Assembly: GCF_036365525.1 (NCBI RefSeq)
Contig: NC_090404.1
Span: 12,924,550 to 12,988,549 of the forward strand
DNA from: Heterodontus francisci
Lineage: Eukaryota
Length of the DNA: 64,000 nt
Direction of reading: 5' to 3'
Below are positions 37,060 through 51,500 of this stretch, one piece after another (the stretch's first letter is position 1; each line of letters starts with the position of its first letter). The translations under genes were made by a program, and so were the position numbers. The notes under the pieces were generated by a model, which saw only the letters and a program-made list of their open reading frames with translations, made no database searches and had not been told where the DNA came from.

Positions 37060-38370
37060 TTAAGTTCTTCTTATCAGGTTTCCGACCCTGCCACGCACTG
37101 AAAGGGTCTTTATCAAAGTCACAAATGACATCCTATCTGATTGTGACCGTGGAAAGCTATTCACTGTCATGTTTCTCGACTTGTCTGCAGAGTTTGACGT
37201 GGTTGAACACACCATTCTCCTCAAATACCTCTCTTCTGTCGTCCAGCTGTGTGGGACTGCAATCGCCTGGGTTTCAATCCTATCTATCCAATCGTGGCCA
37301 GAGAATCATCTGCAATGTCTTCTCTTCCTACTCCCAGGCCATTACTTCTACAGACACCCAGGGATCGACCCTTGGCCTCTGCCATTTGTCACCTACATGC
37401 TGACCCTCGGTGATACCAGCTGTAAACACATCAGGTTCCACGTGCACGCTGATGACACCCAGCTCTAACACACCACGGCCACCACCTCTCTCGACACCTC
37501 CATGGTGTCTAAACTGTCACTCTGCTTTCCAACTTCTAGTACTGGATGAGCAGAAATTTCCTTCAACTAAATGTTTGGAAAACGGAACCCCTTGTCTTTG
37601 GTCCCCACGATAAATTACTTTCCCTAGACACTGACTTTATTCCCTTCCCTGGACACTGTCTGAGGCTGAACCAGATCATTCGGAACTTTGGCCTCCCATC
37701 TGTGCCTGTACTGAGATTCTGACCTCAAATCCACTCCATTTCCAAGACAACCTGGTCCATCTTTGTAACATTGCCCGTCTCTGCACCTGTCTCAGCCTGA
37801 CTGCTGCTGAAACCCTCATCCATTTCTTTATTACCTCCAATGCTTTCCTGCCAGCCTCTGATCTTCCACCTTCCATAAATATGAGTTTATCCCAAACTCT
37901 GCTGCTCCCTGTACTAACATGCACCAAATCCTGTTTACCCATCACCACTGTGTTCTCTGACCCACAATGGCTCCCTGTGCAATAATGCATCAAGAATAAA
38001 ATTATCATCGTTCTTTTCAAATCTCTCCATGGCCTTGACCCACCTTACCCCTATAAACTCTTTCACTCCTAAAACCCACCGAGAACTCTGCCCTCCTCCA
38101 ATTCTGGCCTCTTGCACATCCGCGATTTTTATCACTCCACCTTTGGTGGCCGTGCCTTGAGTTGCCTCGGCCCTAAGCTGGAGAATTCGGGAATTCCCTC
38201 CCTAAACATCTCTCCCTCTTTCACCTCCTTTGCAATTCTCACTGAAAGCTGCTTTACAGGTTCATGATCACCTGTCTTAACGTCTCCGTGTCAAATTCGG
38301 TGTTCGAACGCTCCTGTGAAGCTCCTTGGGTCGCTTTATTCCTTTCAAGGCGCTATATAAATGCAGATTA
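37060..38370 (+). mobile_element. L2-type LINE, decayed
   Basis: ORF 37169-37468 (LDLSAEFDVVEHTILL...HADDTQL). 3' end aaggcgctatataaatgc. Confidence 0.8.
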
Positions 38371-39131
38371 CTATTGGATAGTGTTTCATTCATTTACAGG
38401 CGAAGGAACTAATAACTTAGGCAATTACAGATTTATTAACCTCAAATCAGGTACAGGTACATTTTCATTTTTACAGTGTCATGCAGAAATCATCACACAC
38501 GCGTGGTGTCCACCAGGAGCTTCTCTGTGATGCTGAGGTGATCACTAGACAATGAAGCACTGAGACTGGTGGGTAGCTGCTCATTATTCCCAGCCTGATT
38601 ACATTCCTTTTTGCAACTGAGTACTGGGAACAGACAGACCGGCCCAGGTAACGAAATGGTCAGAGTGACATCATTTTCTAATAAGAGCACGGAACAGAAT
38701 GAATTAGCAATAAACGTCAACAGTATTCACGGATTTGCAATTAAATTGTGAATAAAGTAAAATAAAATATTGAGTCATAACTGGGAAATATATTCATGTA
38801 TCTTTGCGGAATGTCCCAAAGGATTTAAAATGGAGCTAATTTGCAGACAGAAATATCAGCAAAAGTGCAAAGTGACTCAATTCCTGTTAATGTATTTTTA
38901 TTGATCTTGGTTGAAGAGAGGAAGGGGGAGATAGGAATTTTAATTGTCCACCTCAACAGTAAAGGTGTGACGAGGAGAGTGTACTGGTTCATGACATCAA
39001 CTGGGTCCTCTTTCAGTTATAAAGCGCTAGATCATGACTCTGTTTATATTACAGCCTCTGTTACTTCTGCATTAAATCATGTCTCTGGTTACATTACCCC
39101 AGAACCTGTATTAGGTGAAGAATGATGTTTT

Positions 39132-39166
<35 letters not shown>

Positions 39167-39679
39167 GCACATACACACAGTGCAGGTTGTGTGTGCTATT
39201 TTCAGTTGTTGCTCTTCAGTGGATGAGAGTTTATGCATTGGGGGGCATTGGGACCCTGCGGCAGCCCATATGACGGTTCCAAGCTCTGTTTAACACAGTG
39301 AGTCAGGGAAAGTTAAATCGAAAACCCTGCAGGAAAACCAATCCTTAACATTAAAAAACTGTGAGCAATGGGCACAGTACGACACAACGGTGCATTTATA
39401 AACTTTAACACAACGTGCAGTGCACTATTGCTCACCTTTTCTCTGTCCCTCAATCCCAGTTCATCTCTGGGAGATTGTTACAAGATTCACCTCTACCTTT
39501 CAACACAAATATTATCCACATAATACCAGAGCAATTAGAAATTACACTCAACTGATTATTAGTATTAACAAGATTAAAGGTCTGCCTCTATTAAAAAATG
39601 ATTGTACCCTGCTCTACGGCAAACATATGTCTTTATTGATATTGATATCCATCTATGCATCTCATAGAGTAGTGCAGTA

Positions 39680-40320
39680 ATCACTGAGGTAGGGGCTAGT
39701 TCAGTATAAAGTGAGGCACCGGCTGGTGCATTAATAACTGGGACAGAGCTTGTGTAAAATAAATAGAGGGCTTGTCTGAGACAGAGCCGAATGAAATATA
39801 AAAAGAGGGATGGCCTCGTACAATAGTAACTGAGACAGAATCCAATGTAATATAAACCGAAATCTTGTTTATTATATTATGACTGAGGCAGGTCCTCCGT
39901 GAAATATAAAGAAATACACGGTCTCGTGCAATTCTAACTCAGACAAGGCCTAATGTAATATAAAATGGGACATGGCCATACGCAGTATTTATTGAGACAT
40001 GGCGTGGTGTAATATAAATAGGGACATTATCAAGTGTAGTAGGGCTGAGATGGGTCCCAGTTTAATATAAACAGAGGCATATTCTAGCGCAGTAATCCAC
40101 GAGGCGTGGGCGAGGTTAATATAAACATAGACACAATCTAGTGTAAAACATAGCGGGCCATAGTCTGGTAAAGTTATGATTGAGGCAGGTTCTCGTATGG
40201 TGGAAAGAGAGGAATGGTCCAGTGCATTAATAGCTGAGACAGAACCTAAGGTAACATTAACATCGGTAATGTTTAGGGCAGTAACACCTAATACAGGTTT
40301 TGGAGTAATGTAACCAGAGG
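39680..40320. repeat. ~27/54-bp degenerate minisatellite (ctgtctcagttattactgcactagaccatgtctctgtttatattacactaggcc)
   Basis: Further arrays in both orientations at about 42940-43155, 46850-47520, 51535-51930, 52060-52570 and 58160-58945. Confidence 0.8.
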
Positions 40321-40363
40321 CATGAGGGAAGGTGGAGATGTGAGAGGGAAAATGGGATTAATG

Positions 40364-42375
40364 TTCTTTTGGGCCTCCTTATCTCGAGAGACAATGGATA
40401 CGCGCCTGGAGGTGGTCAGTGGTTTGTGAAGCAGCGCCTGGAGTGGCTATAAAGGCCAATTCTGGAGTGACAGGCTCTTCCACAGGTGCTGCAGAGAAAT
40501 TTGTTTGTTGGGGCTGTTGCACAGTTGGCTATCCCCTTGCGCCTCTGTCTTTTTTCCTGCCAACTACTAAGTCTCTTCGACTCGCCACAATTTAGCCCTG
40601 TCTTTATGGCTGCCCGCCAGCTCTGGCGAATGCTGGCAACTGACTCCCACGACTTGTGATCAATGTCACACGATTTCATGTCGCGTTTGCAGACGTCTTT
40701 ATAACGGAGACATGGACGGCCGGTGGGTCTGATACCAGTGGCGAGCTCGCTGTACAATGTGTCTTTGGGGATCCTGCCATCTTCCATGCGGCTCACATGG
40801 CCAAGCCATCTCAAGCGCCGCTGACTCAGTAGTGTGTATAAGCTGGGGATGTTGGCCGCTTCAAGGACTTCTGTGTTGGAGATATAGTCCTGCCACCTGA
40901 TGCCAAGTATTCTCCGAAGGCAGCGAAGATGGAATGAATTGAGACGTCGCTCTTGGCTGGCATACGTTGTCCAGGCCTCGCTGCCGTAGAGCAAGGTACT
41001 GAGGACACAGGCCTGATACACTCGGACTTTTGTGTTCCGTGTCAGTGCGCCATTTTCCCACACTCTCTTGGCCAGTCTGAACATAGCAGTGGAAGCCTTA
41101 CCCATGCGCTTGTTGATTTCTGCATCTAGAGACAGGTTACTGGTGATAGTTGAGCCTAGGTAGGTGAACTCTTGAACCACTTCCAGAGCGTGGTCGCCAA
41201 TATTGATGGATGGAGCATTTCTGACATCCTGCCCCATGATGTTCGTTTTCTTGAGGCTGATGGTTAGGCCAAATTCATTGCAGGCAGACGCAAACCTGTC
41301 GATGAGACTCTGCAGGCATTCTTCAGTGTGAGATGTTAAAGCAGCATCGTCAGCAAAGAGGAGTTCTCTGATGAGGACTTTCCGTACTTTGGACTTCGCT
41401 CTTAGACGGGCAAGGTTGAACAACCTGCCCCCTGATCTTGTGTGGAGGAAAATTCCTTCTTCAGAGGATTTGAACGCATGTGAAAGCAGCAGGGAGAAGA
41501 AAATCCCAAAAAGTGTGGGTGCGAGAACACAGCCCTGTTTCACACCACTCAGGATAGGAAAGGGCTCTGATGAGGAGCCACCATGTTGAATTGTGCCTTT
41601 CATATTGTCATGGAATGAGGTGATGATACTTAGTAGCTTTGGTGGACATCCGATCTTTTCTAGTAGTCTGAAGAGACCACGTCTGCTGACGAGGTCAAAG
41701 GCTTTGGTGAGATCAATGAAAGCAATGTAGAGGGGCATCTGTTGTTCACGGCATTTCTCCTGTATCTGACGAAGGGAGAACAGCATGTCAATAGTCGATC
41801 TCTCTGCACGAAAGCCACACTGTGCCTCAGGGTAGACGCGCTCGGCCAGCTTCTGGAGCCTGTTCAGAGCGACTCGAGCAAAGACTTTCCCCACTATGCT
41901 GAGCAGGGAGATTCCACGGTAGTTGTTGCAGTCACCGCGGTCACCTTTGTTTTTATAGAGGGTGATGATGTTGGCATCGCGCATGTCCTGGGGTACTGCT
42001 CCCTCGTCCCAGCACAGGCATAGCAGTTCATGTAGTGCTGAGAGTATAGCAGGCTTGGCACTCTTGATTATTTCAGGGGTAATGCTGTCCTTCCCAGGGG
42101 CTTTTCCGCTGGCTAGGGAATCAATGGCATCACTGAGTTCCGATTTGGTTGGCTGTATGTCCAGCTCATCCATGACTGGTAGAGGCTGGGCTGCATTGAG
42201 GGCAGTCTCAGTGACAGCATTCTCCCTGGAGTACAGTTCTAGGTAGTGCTCAACCCAGCGGTCCATCTGTTTGCGTTGGTCAGTGATTATGTCCCCCGAT
42301 TTAGATTTGAGGGGGGTGATCTTCTTGATGGTTGGCCCAAGAGCTCTCTTCATGCCATCATACATTCCTCTGATG
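40364..42375 (-). mobile_element. Young 5'-truncated RTE-clade LINE with an uninterrupted 649-aa ORF
   Basis: ORF 40416-42365: NYRGISLL, FIDLTKAFD, GVKQGCVLAP, LLFADD, RRLRWLGHV, and C-terminal CxxC..H...C. Short 3' UTR. Confidence 0.95.
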
Positions 42376-43154
42376 GATTTGTATAAATGGGTGGTTGATG
42401 GTCGGCATGGGCTCGTTGGGCCGAAGGGCCTGTTTCGGTGCTGTATCTCTCTATGACTCTATGATTTGATGCAGAAGTAACTGAGGCTGTGATATAAACA
42501 GAATCATGATTTAGTGCTTTATAACTGATAGAGGGCCCAGTTGATCTCATGAACCAGCACACTCTCCTCGTCACAGCTTTACTGATGAGGTGGACAATTA
42601 AAACTCCTATCTCTCCCACACGCTGTCCTTGTCAGCATTCCGCCCGTCAACCAAGATCAAAAAAATACATGAACAGGAATTGAGCCACTTTGCACTTTTG
42701 CTGATGTTTCTGTCCGCAAATCTGCAAATATTACATTTTAAATTCTGTGTGACATCCTGGCGAAGATAATGATCTGGAACACGAGTGAAAGCTGTTTCTT
42801 CATACATTAATTCTATCATTATCAGAAACAGTAACTGACATTGACATTTTCACGATTGGAGCAATGGCAAGCATTGGTCACCAGGGGGCAGTGAAATTCT
42901 GAATGTTTACATGACGAGAAACAGACACTGCCTCAATTATTACTGCATTACAGCATGCTTCTGTTCATATTACAGTAGGCCCTGTCTCAGTCATTTCTGC
43001 ACTAGACCATGTCTCTGCTTATACTACAGTAGGTCCTGTCTCAGTGGCTACTGCACTAGGACAGGTCTCCTTTTGTAACGCGAGGCCCTGTCTCTGGTAT
43101 TACTGCAGGAGAACATGTCTCTGTTCATAATACACTGGGCCCTGTCTCAGTTAT

Positions 43155-45310
43155 TACTTTCTACTCATTCGCCGATGCGTATATTGCTGGCAAGGCGAAT
43201 ATTTGTTGCCCATACATAATTCCCCTTGAAAATGTGGTGGTGAGTTACCTTGAACAGCCTGCAATCCATATGGGTTAGGTACAATCACGGTGCTATTAGG
43301 GAGGTAGTTCCAGGATTTCCACCGATTAACAGTGAAGGAACGGTGATGTATTTCCAAGTTAGGATGGTGTGTGACTTTGAGGAGAACTTGGAGGTGGTGG
43401 TGTTCCCACGTATCTGCTGCCCTTGTTCTACTAGGTGGTGGTCGTGGGTTTGGAAGATGCTGTTGAAGGAGGCTTGGTGAGTTGCTGCTCTGCATCTTGC
43501 AGATGGCACAAACTGCAGCCACTGTGCACCTGTATTCAAGCGAGTAAATCTTTCAGTTAGTGGATGAGGTGCCAATCAAATGGATTGCTATGTCCTGCAT
43601 GGTGTCGAGCTTCTTGAGTGTTGTTGGAGCCGCAGTCATCCAGGCAAGTGGAGAGTATTCCATCATACTCCTGACTTGTGCAGATGGTGGACAGTCTTTG
43701 GGGAGTCAGGAGGTGAGACACCCGCCACAGAATTTCAAGTCTCTGATCTGCTCTTGTAGCCACAGTATTTATGTTTCCGGTCCCGTTAAGCTTTTTGGTA
43801 ATTGAGTGATGTTAATGCCGTCAGATGTCAATGTCAAGGGAAGTTGGTTAGACGCTCCATGGTTGAGATGGTCATTGCTAACATTAGTGTGGTGCGAATG
43901 TTACTGGCCACTTACCAGTCCAAGCCTGATTGTTCTCCAGGTCCTTCTGTATGCTGGCATGGACCGCTTCAATATTTGGGGAGTTGTAAATGGAATGGAA
44001 CACTGCAATCGTCAGTGAAAATCTCCACTTCCGACCTTATGATGAAGGGATGGTCATTGATGAAACAGCTGAAAATGGTTAGGCCTAGGACACTACCCTG
44101 AAGAACTCCTGGAGAGATGTCCTGGAGCTGAGATGTTTGGCCTCCAGCAGATACAACGATTGTGCTAGGTGTGACTCCAACTAATGGAATGTTTTCCCCT
44201 TTTCTCATTGATTTCAATTTTGTTCGGGCTCCTTGATTTCACACTCGGTCAAATGCAGCCTTTATGCCAAGGGTTGTAATTCTCATTTCATCTCTTGCAT
44301 TTAGCTCTTTTGTCCATGTTTGGACAAAGGGTGCAATGATGTCTGGAGCTAAGTGGTTCTGGCGGAATACAAACTGCACATTGGTGAGCAGATTATTGCT
44401 GAGTAAGTGCCACTTGATAGCATTGTCAACAACAGCTACCATCAGTTTGTCGATGATTGAGAGTAGACTGATGGAAGAGTAACTGGCCGGATTGGATTAT
44501 CGTGCTTTTTGTGAAGAGGACATACCTAGGCAATTTTCCATGTGATCAGGTAATGACCATGTGGGAACTGTACTCAAACAGCTTGCCTAGGGGTGCAGCT
44601 AATTCAGTAATAATCCAGCACGTCATCCAGGATGTTGTCATGGCCCAAAGCATTTATTTTATTCAGCTCAGCCGTTTCTGGACATCACATGGAGTGAGTC
44701 GAAATAGATGAAGCCTAGTTTCTCTGATGATGGGAACATCAGGAGGAAGCCGAGTTGGATCCACTCGGCACTTCTGGCTGAACTTTGTTACAAATGCTTC
44801 AGCCTTGCCTTTAGCACTCAGCTGCTGGGTTCCACCATCATTGGGGATGGGAATATTCACGGAGCATCCTCCTTCCTTTAGTTATATAATTGTCTACCAC
44901 TATTCATGACTGGATATGACAGGACTGCAGAGTTTTGATCCAAACAATTGTATGTGTGATCACTTAGTTTAGTCTATAGTATGCTGGTTCCACAGTTTAG
45001 CCTGCATGTCGTCCTGTGTTGTAGTTTCTCTAGGCTGGCCTCTCATCTTTAGGTCCACGTGATACTGTTTCTAGCATGCTGTCCGGCATCAACATTCCCA
45101 ATTGAACTAGGTTTGGTCCCCTGGCTCGTTGGTAATGATAGAGTCAGGGATATTTGGGGCCATAAGGTGAGAGATTGTAATGGAATACAATTCTGCTGTT
45201 GCAGATGGCCCACGGTTCTTCATTGAAACACATTTTCTGGCTGCTAGATCTGTTCTGAATATATCACATTTAGTGGATACAGCACAATGGACGGTGTCCT
45301 CAGTGTGAAG
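43155..45310 (-). mobile_element. CR1-clade LINE, decayed
   Basis: Fragments AAFDRV, QGSVLG..IFSCFIND and the family 3' end. Confidence 0.8.
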
Positions 45311-47009
45311 ACAGCACCTCATCTCCACAACTGCTCATCTACAGGCTGGCACGCGGTCACATCTTCTGTAAACACAACATCAGGCTCCACATGTACCATA
45401 ATGACACTCAGCTCACCTGACCACGACCTTTCTCTACCACTGCCTTTGATCTGTCACGCTGATTGTCCCACTTCCAGTCCAGGAACTAAGTATTTGGAAG
45501 ATTGAAGATATTGCCTTTGGTTTCCACAACAAGCTATATTCCCCAGCCCTTGACTCCATCCTACTCTTGGTTTTTCTCTGAGGCTGAACCAGACCAGTCA
45601 CAACATTTAAATTCTACCTGACCCTGGGATGAACTTCTGACCCCTTAGTGACTCCATGACCAAGATCACCTCCTTCACCCTCCAGAACGCTGCCCGTCTC
45701 TATCAATGTCTCAGCACATCTGCTGCTGAAACTCTCATCAATATCTTTGATATCTCTTCACTTTGAGTATTTCAATTCTGTCCTGGTTGTCCTCCCATCT
45801 TCCAACCTCCATAAACATGAGCCCATCCAAAACTCTGGTGTGGGACTATGTTGTCAGTGGGCAACACGGTTTCAAGTCCCACCACAACAGCTGGTGCAAT
45901 TTAAATCCAATTCATTAAAATCTGGAATTGAAAGCCACTCACTAGTAGTGCCATGAAAAAAAGAGCCATCTGGTTCACTAATGTCCTTTAGGGAAGGAAA
46001 TCTGCTCTCCTTGTCTTATCTGGCATATATGTGACTCCAGACACACAGCAATGTGATTGATTCTAAGCTGCCTTCTGATATGGCCTAGCAAGCCATTCAG
46101 TCCAAGGGAAATTAAGGAAGGGCAACAATGGTTGGTCTGCCAGTGGTGCTCACATTCCATGAAAAAACAAAGCAAAACAAAAAAAAGCAACTGTGTCCTG
46201 TTTGACCATCACCCCTGTACTCACTGACCTTGTATGTTGTAATATCAATGGGGACATAGCCTAGTTTAATATAAATAGAGACAGTGTCTGGTTCAATTTA
46301 ACTGAGTCAGAACACCGTGTAATTGAAATAGAGGCATTGTGTGATCCCATTTGAAGTGATACAGGGTCGAGTGTACTATACAAAGAGACAAGGCCTTGTT
46401 TAATATGAAGAGGGACATGGCCGAATGCACTAGAAATTCGACAGGGCCGTGATGATATCATGAACTATTAATCCCTCCTCCACCTCTTTTCTGCTGATGT
46501 GGATATTAAAGCTTCCATGGCCCCCACATTGTGTCCTGGGCAGCATTCTTCCCTTCAAGAACGATCGACAAAATTACATGAACAGGAATTGAGCCACTTT
46601 GCTCCATTACTGATGTTTCTGTGCAAACATTGGCCACGTTCATCTGGAATTATTTGCACTTTAAATCCTTTGGGACCGCCCACAGAAGGTGATGAGCTGG
46701 TACAATTTGTTTCTTGATACATTAATATCAGAAATAGTAACTGACATCAACATTTTCACAGTAGCTGCAATGGCACTCTTTGTACAGCAGATGGCAGTAA
46801 AACATTTTTTTTTGTACATAACAGGCTTTGCCTCAATTATTATTACACTAGACCATGTCATTGGTTATGTTAACTTACGCACTGTCTCAGTTATTATTGC
46901 ACTCGATCATGTCACCGCTTATATTACACGAGGCACCGTCTCAGATACTACTGCACGAGATCATGTCGCTGTTTATATTACACTAGACCCAGTCTCACAT
47001 ATTATTGCA

Positions 47010-47310
47010 CGGCACAGTGGTTCAGTGGTTAGCACCGCAGCCTCACAACTCCAGCGACCCGGGTTCAATTCTGGGTGCTCCCTGTGTGGAGTTTGCAAGT
47101 TCTCCCTGTGTCTGCGTGGGTTTCCTCCGGGTGCTCTGGTTTCTTCCCACATGCCAAAGACTTGTAGGTTAATTGGCCATTATAAATTGCCCCTAGTATA
47201 GGTAGGGATATGGGATTAGTGTTGGAGTAGTATAAATGGGTAGTTGATGGTCGGCACAGACTCGGTGGGCCGAAGGGCCTGTTTCAGTGCTGTATCTCTA
47301 AACTAAACTA
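47010..47310 (+). mobile_element. tRNA-derived SINE (HE1/V-SINE-like); second copy at 54070-54400 (minus)
   Basis: gcacagtggttcagtggttagcaccgcagcctcac...ggttcaatt head, V-domain-like core, CR1-like tail gggccgaagggcctgtt. Confidence 0.75.
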
Positions 47311-47519
47311 GACCATGTCGTTACTTATATTACACTGGGCCCTGCCTCAGTTATGACTGCATTTTACCCAGTATCTGTTTATGTTACACTAGGCACTGTC
47401 TCAGATATTACTGAACTAGACCCTTTCTCTTCTTATATTACACTAGGCACTGCCTCACTTATTACTGCACTGGACGTTGTCACTGTATATATTACACTAG
47501 ATCCAGTCTCAGTTATTAG

Positions 47520-50500
47520 GTTTCTCCATTCCCGTGATTTGACCATCATTGACAAGATAAATATCTATTGAGAAGGTGGTGGTGAGCCACCTTCTTGAAC
47601 GGCTGCATTCCCTGTGGTGTAGGCACGCCCACAGTGCCGTTAGGGAGGGAGTTCCAGGATTTTCACCCAGCAAGATTGAAGGAACAGTGATATAGTTACA
47701 AGTCAGAAAGATGTGTGACTTGGAGTGGAAATTGTAGGTGGTGGCGTTTGTGGATTTGGAAGGGTATTATTGAAACAGCCTTGACGCGATGCTGCAGTGC
47801 ATCTTTTAGATGGAACACAAAGCTGCCACTATGGTGGAGGGAGTGAATGTTTAAGATGAGGTGCCAGTCAAGAGGGCTGCTTTGTCTTGAATGGTGCGAG
47901 CTTCTTGAGTGTTGTTGGAGCTGCATTCTTCCAGGCAAGTGAAGATTATTCCATCACACTCCTGAATTATGCCTTGTACATGGTGGGCAGGCTTTGGGGA
48001 ATCAGGAGGTGAGTTACTCGCCACAGAACTGCTAGCCTATGACCTGCTGTTGTAGCCACAGCTGGTCCAGTTCAGTTTCTGGTCAATGGTAACCCTCAGG
48101 ATGTTGATGGTGGGGGATTCGGTGATGGTAATCTGGTTGAATGTGAAAAGAAATGGTTAGATTCTCTCTTGTTGGCGATGGCTATTGGCTGACACTTGTG
48201 TTTCATGTATGTTAATTGCCATTTATCACCCCAAGCCTGAATGTTGTCCAGATCTTACTGCATGCAGGCACGGACTGCTTCAGTATCTGAGGGGTTAGGA
48301 TTGGAACTGAACACTGTGGAATTATTTGTGAACATCCCCACTTCTGACCTTGTGATGGAGGGACTACCATTGATAAAGCAGCTCCAGAACGTGTCTCACT
48401 CCTAGCCAAGCTGTTCCAGTACAGCTACAACACTGGCATTTGCCCAGCAACGTGGAAAATTGCCCAGGTATGACCTGTACACAAAAAGCAGGACAGGTTC
48501 AATCCGGCCCATTACCACCCCATCAGTTGATTCTCAATCATCAGTAAAGGGAAGGAAGGTGTCGTTGACAGTGCTATCAAGTGACATTTGCTTACCAATA
48601 ACCTGCTCAGTGACGCTCAGTTTGGGTTCCGCCAGGGCTACTCAGCTCCTGATCTCATTACAGCCTTGGTTCAAACATGCACATAAGAGATACACTCAAG
48701 AAGTGAGATGAGATTGACCACCCTTGACATCAAGGCAGCATTTGACAGAGTATAGCATCAAGGAGCCCTAGCAAAACTGAAGTCAATGGGAATCATGGGG
48801 GAAATTGTCAGCTGGTTGCAGTCGCATCTAGAACAAAGGAAGAGGTTGTGGTTTTTGGAGGTCAATCATCTCAGCTCCAGGACATCACTGCAGGAGTTCC
48901 TCAGGGTAGTGTCCTAGGCCCAACCATCTTCAGCTGCTTCATCAATAACCTTTCCTCCACCATAAGGCAAGAACTGGGGATGTTTGCTGATGATTGCATA
49001 ATGTTCAGCACCATCGTGACCCCTCATATACTGAAGCAGTCTGTGTAGAAATGCAACAAGACCTGGAGAATATCCAGGCTTGGGCTGATAAGTAACATTC
49101 GCACCACACAAGTTGCAGGCAACGACCATCTCCAACAGGAGAAAATCTAACCATCTCTCCTTGACATTCCATGGCATTACCATCGCTGAATCCCCCACTA
49201 TCAACATCCTGAAGGTTACCATTGACCAGAAACTGAACTAGAGTAGCCAGATAAATACCATGGCTACAGAGCTAGGAATCCTGCGGCGGGTAACTCACCT
49301 CCTGACTCCCCAAAGCTTGTCCACCATCTACAAGGCACAAGTCAGGAGTATGATGGAATACTCTCCACTTGCCTGGATGGGTGCAGCTCCAACAACACTC
49401 AAGAAGCTCAATCCCATCCAGGACAAAGCGGCCCATTTGATTCTCACCTCATCCACAAACATTCACTCTCTCCACCACCGACACACAGTGGCAATAGTGT
49501 GTACCATCTACAGAATGCACTGCAGCAATGCACCAAGGCTCCTTAGACTGCACCTTCCAGACCCATGACCTCTACCACCTAGAAGGACAAGGGCAGCAGA
49601 TTCATGGGAACACTGCCACCTGCTGATTCCCCTCCAAGTCACACACCATCCTGACTTGGAACTATATCGCCGTTCCTTCACTGTCGCTGGGTCAAAATCC
49701 TCGAACTCCCTTCCTAACAGCATAGTGGAAGGGGCTGCAGCTGTTCAAGAAGATAGCTCAGCATTACCTTCTCATAGGCAATTAGGGATGGGAAACAAAT
49801 ACTCGCCTAGGCAACGACTCCCGCATCCCATGAATGAATAAGAAAAGTGGAAATGGTTGGGCCTAGGGCACAACCCTGAGGAACTCCTGCAACCTTGTCC
49901 TGGTGCTGAATTGATAGGCCTCCAACAACCACAACCATCTTCCTTTGTACGCGGTATGACTCCAACCAGTGGAGAATTTTATCTTTGGTACGCATTGACT
50001 TCAATTTTCCTCGGGCTGTTTGATGCCACACAAGGTCAGATGCTGCCATGATGTCATGTGCCGACACTCTCATCTCACCTTTGGGATTCAGCACTTTTGT
50101 CTGTGTTTGGACCAAGCCTGTAATGAGATTTGAAGCCGAGTTCCCCTGGCAAAATCCAAACTAAGCATCGGTCAGTAGGTTCTTTCTGAGTAAGTGCTAC
50201 TTCATAGCACTGTCAAACGATGCCTTCCATCACATTGCTAATGATTGAGAATAGACTAATTGAACGTCAATGCGACCGACTGGATTTGTTCTGCACACTG
50301 CACTGTGCTTTAGCCTCAACAGGTTGGCTGCTCATTTTTAGCTATGCCTATTGCTGCTTCTGACCTTCTCTTCTACATTCTTTATTGATGCAGGGTTGGT
50401 CGCCTAGCTTGATGGGAATAGTAGTGAGGGATATGCCGGGCCATGAGGTTACAGATTGTGGTTGAACACAATTCTGCAGCTGTTCATGACCCACAGCACC

Positions 50501-51500
50501 TCATGGATGCTGTTTTGAGCTGCTAGATCTGTTCTGAATCTATCCAATTTAATATGGTGGCCATGCCACCCAACACAATGAAGGGTGCTCTCAGTGTGAA
50601 GATGGGACTTCGTCTTCACAAGGATTGCCCGGTGTTCACGGACAGATGCAGCTGCGGCAGGTAGTGCGATGAGGACCGGATCACACAGGTTTTTCCCTGG
50701 TTTTGACTCTCCTACCACCTGCCGTGGCCCACCTGGTAGCTATATCCATCAGGACTCTACAAATTCAGTCAGTATGCTTCTACCGAGCCATTCTTAGTGA
50801 TGAATTTTGAAGCCCCCACCCAGAGTACATTCTGTGCCCTTGCTACCCTCTGTGCATCTTCCGAGTGGCGTTCAACATGGAGGAGCACTAATTCATCAGC
50901 TGAGACAGCCAGGAAGTGGTAATCAGCAGGAGGTTTCACCGCCCTTGTCTGAGCTGTTGCTGTGAGACTTCACGGCTTCTGGAGGTAATGGTGCCATTCC
51001 ATCCAGATCACTATGCCAACACCTCTGGTGGGTCGATCAGGAGTCCGTTCATTAGATGTAAGGTATGATTGGGTGAGTATGACTATGTCAGGCTGGTTCT
51101 TGACTAGCCTGTGGGACAGCTCTTCCAATTGTAGCAGAAGTCCTCAGATGTCACTGAGGAGGAACTTGCAGGATTAACTGGGCTGTATGTGCCGCTGTAT
51201 GTACCTAGGCTGATGTAAATGTCTGGTGCACTTATATTCACATTATTAATTTTTGTGGCGGTTTGATACAATGGAGCAGCATGGTGGAGCTTTTCAGAGG
51301 GCAGTTCCATGTCAACCATCTTGCCGTTTATCTTGAGTCACATACAAGTCAAACTGGGTAAGGACGTAAGATTGCCTTCCCTAACGTACATTTATAAACC
51401 AAATTTTGTATACCATTCTAGTAGATTCATGCTCACCATTACCAATTTTTTATCGCAGATTTATCTAATTAACGGAATTTAAAGTCTCCAGATGCGATGG
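47520..51500. mobile_element. Cluster of CR1-clade LINE fragments in alternating orientation (minus 47520-48370, plus 48385-49845, minus 49850-51500)
   Basis: ORFs with [23 protein letters not shown] and YKAQVRSMMEYS. Confidence 0.8.

Noticed and set aside
38476-38650. AG...GT-bounded segment as an exon or V relic
   Set aside because: All three frames contain stops, and there is no convincing Ig motif or RSS.
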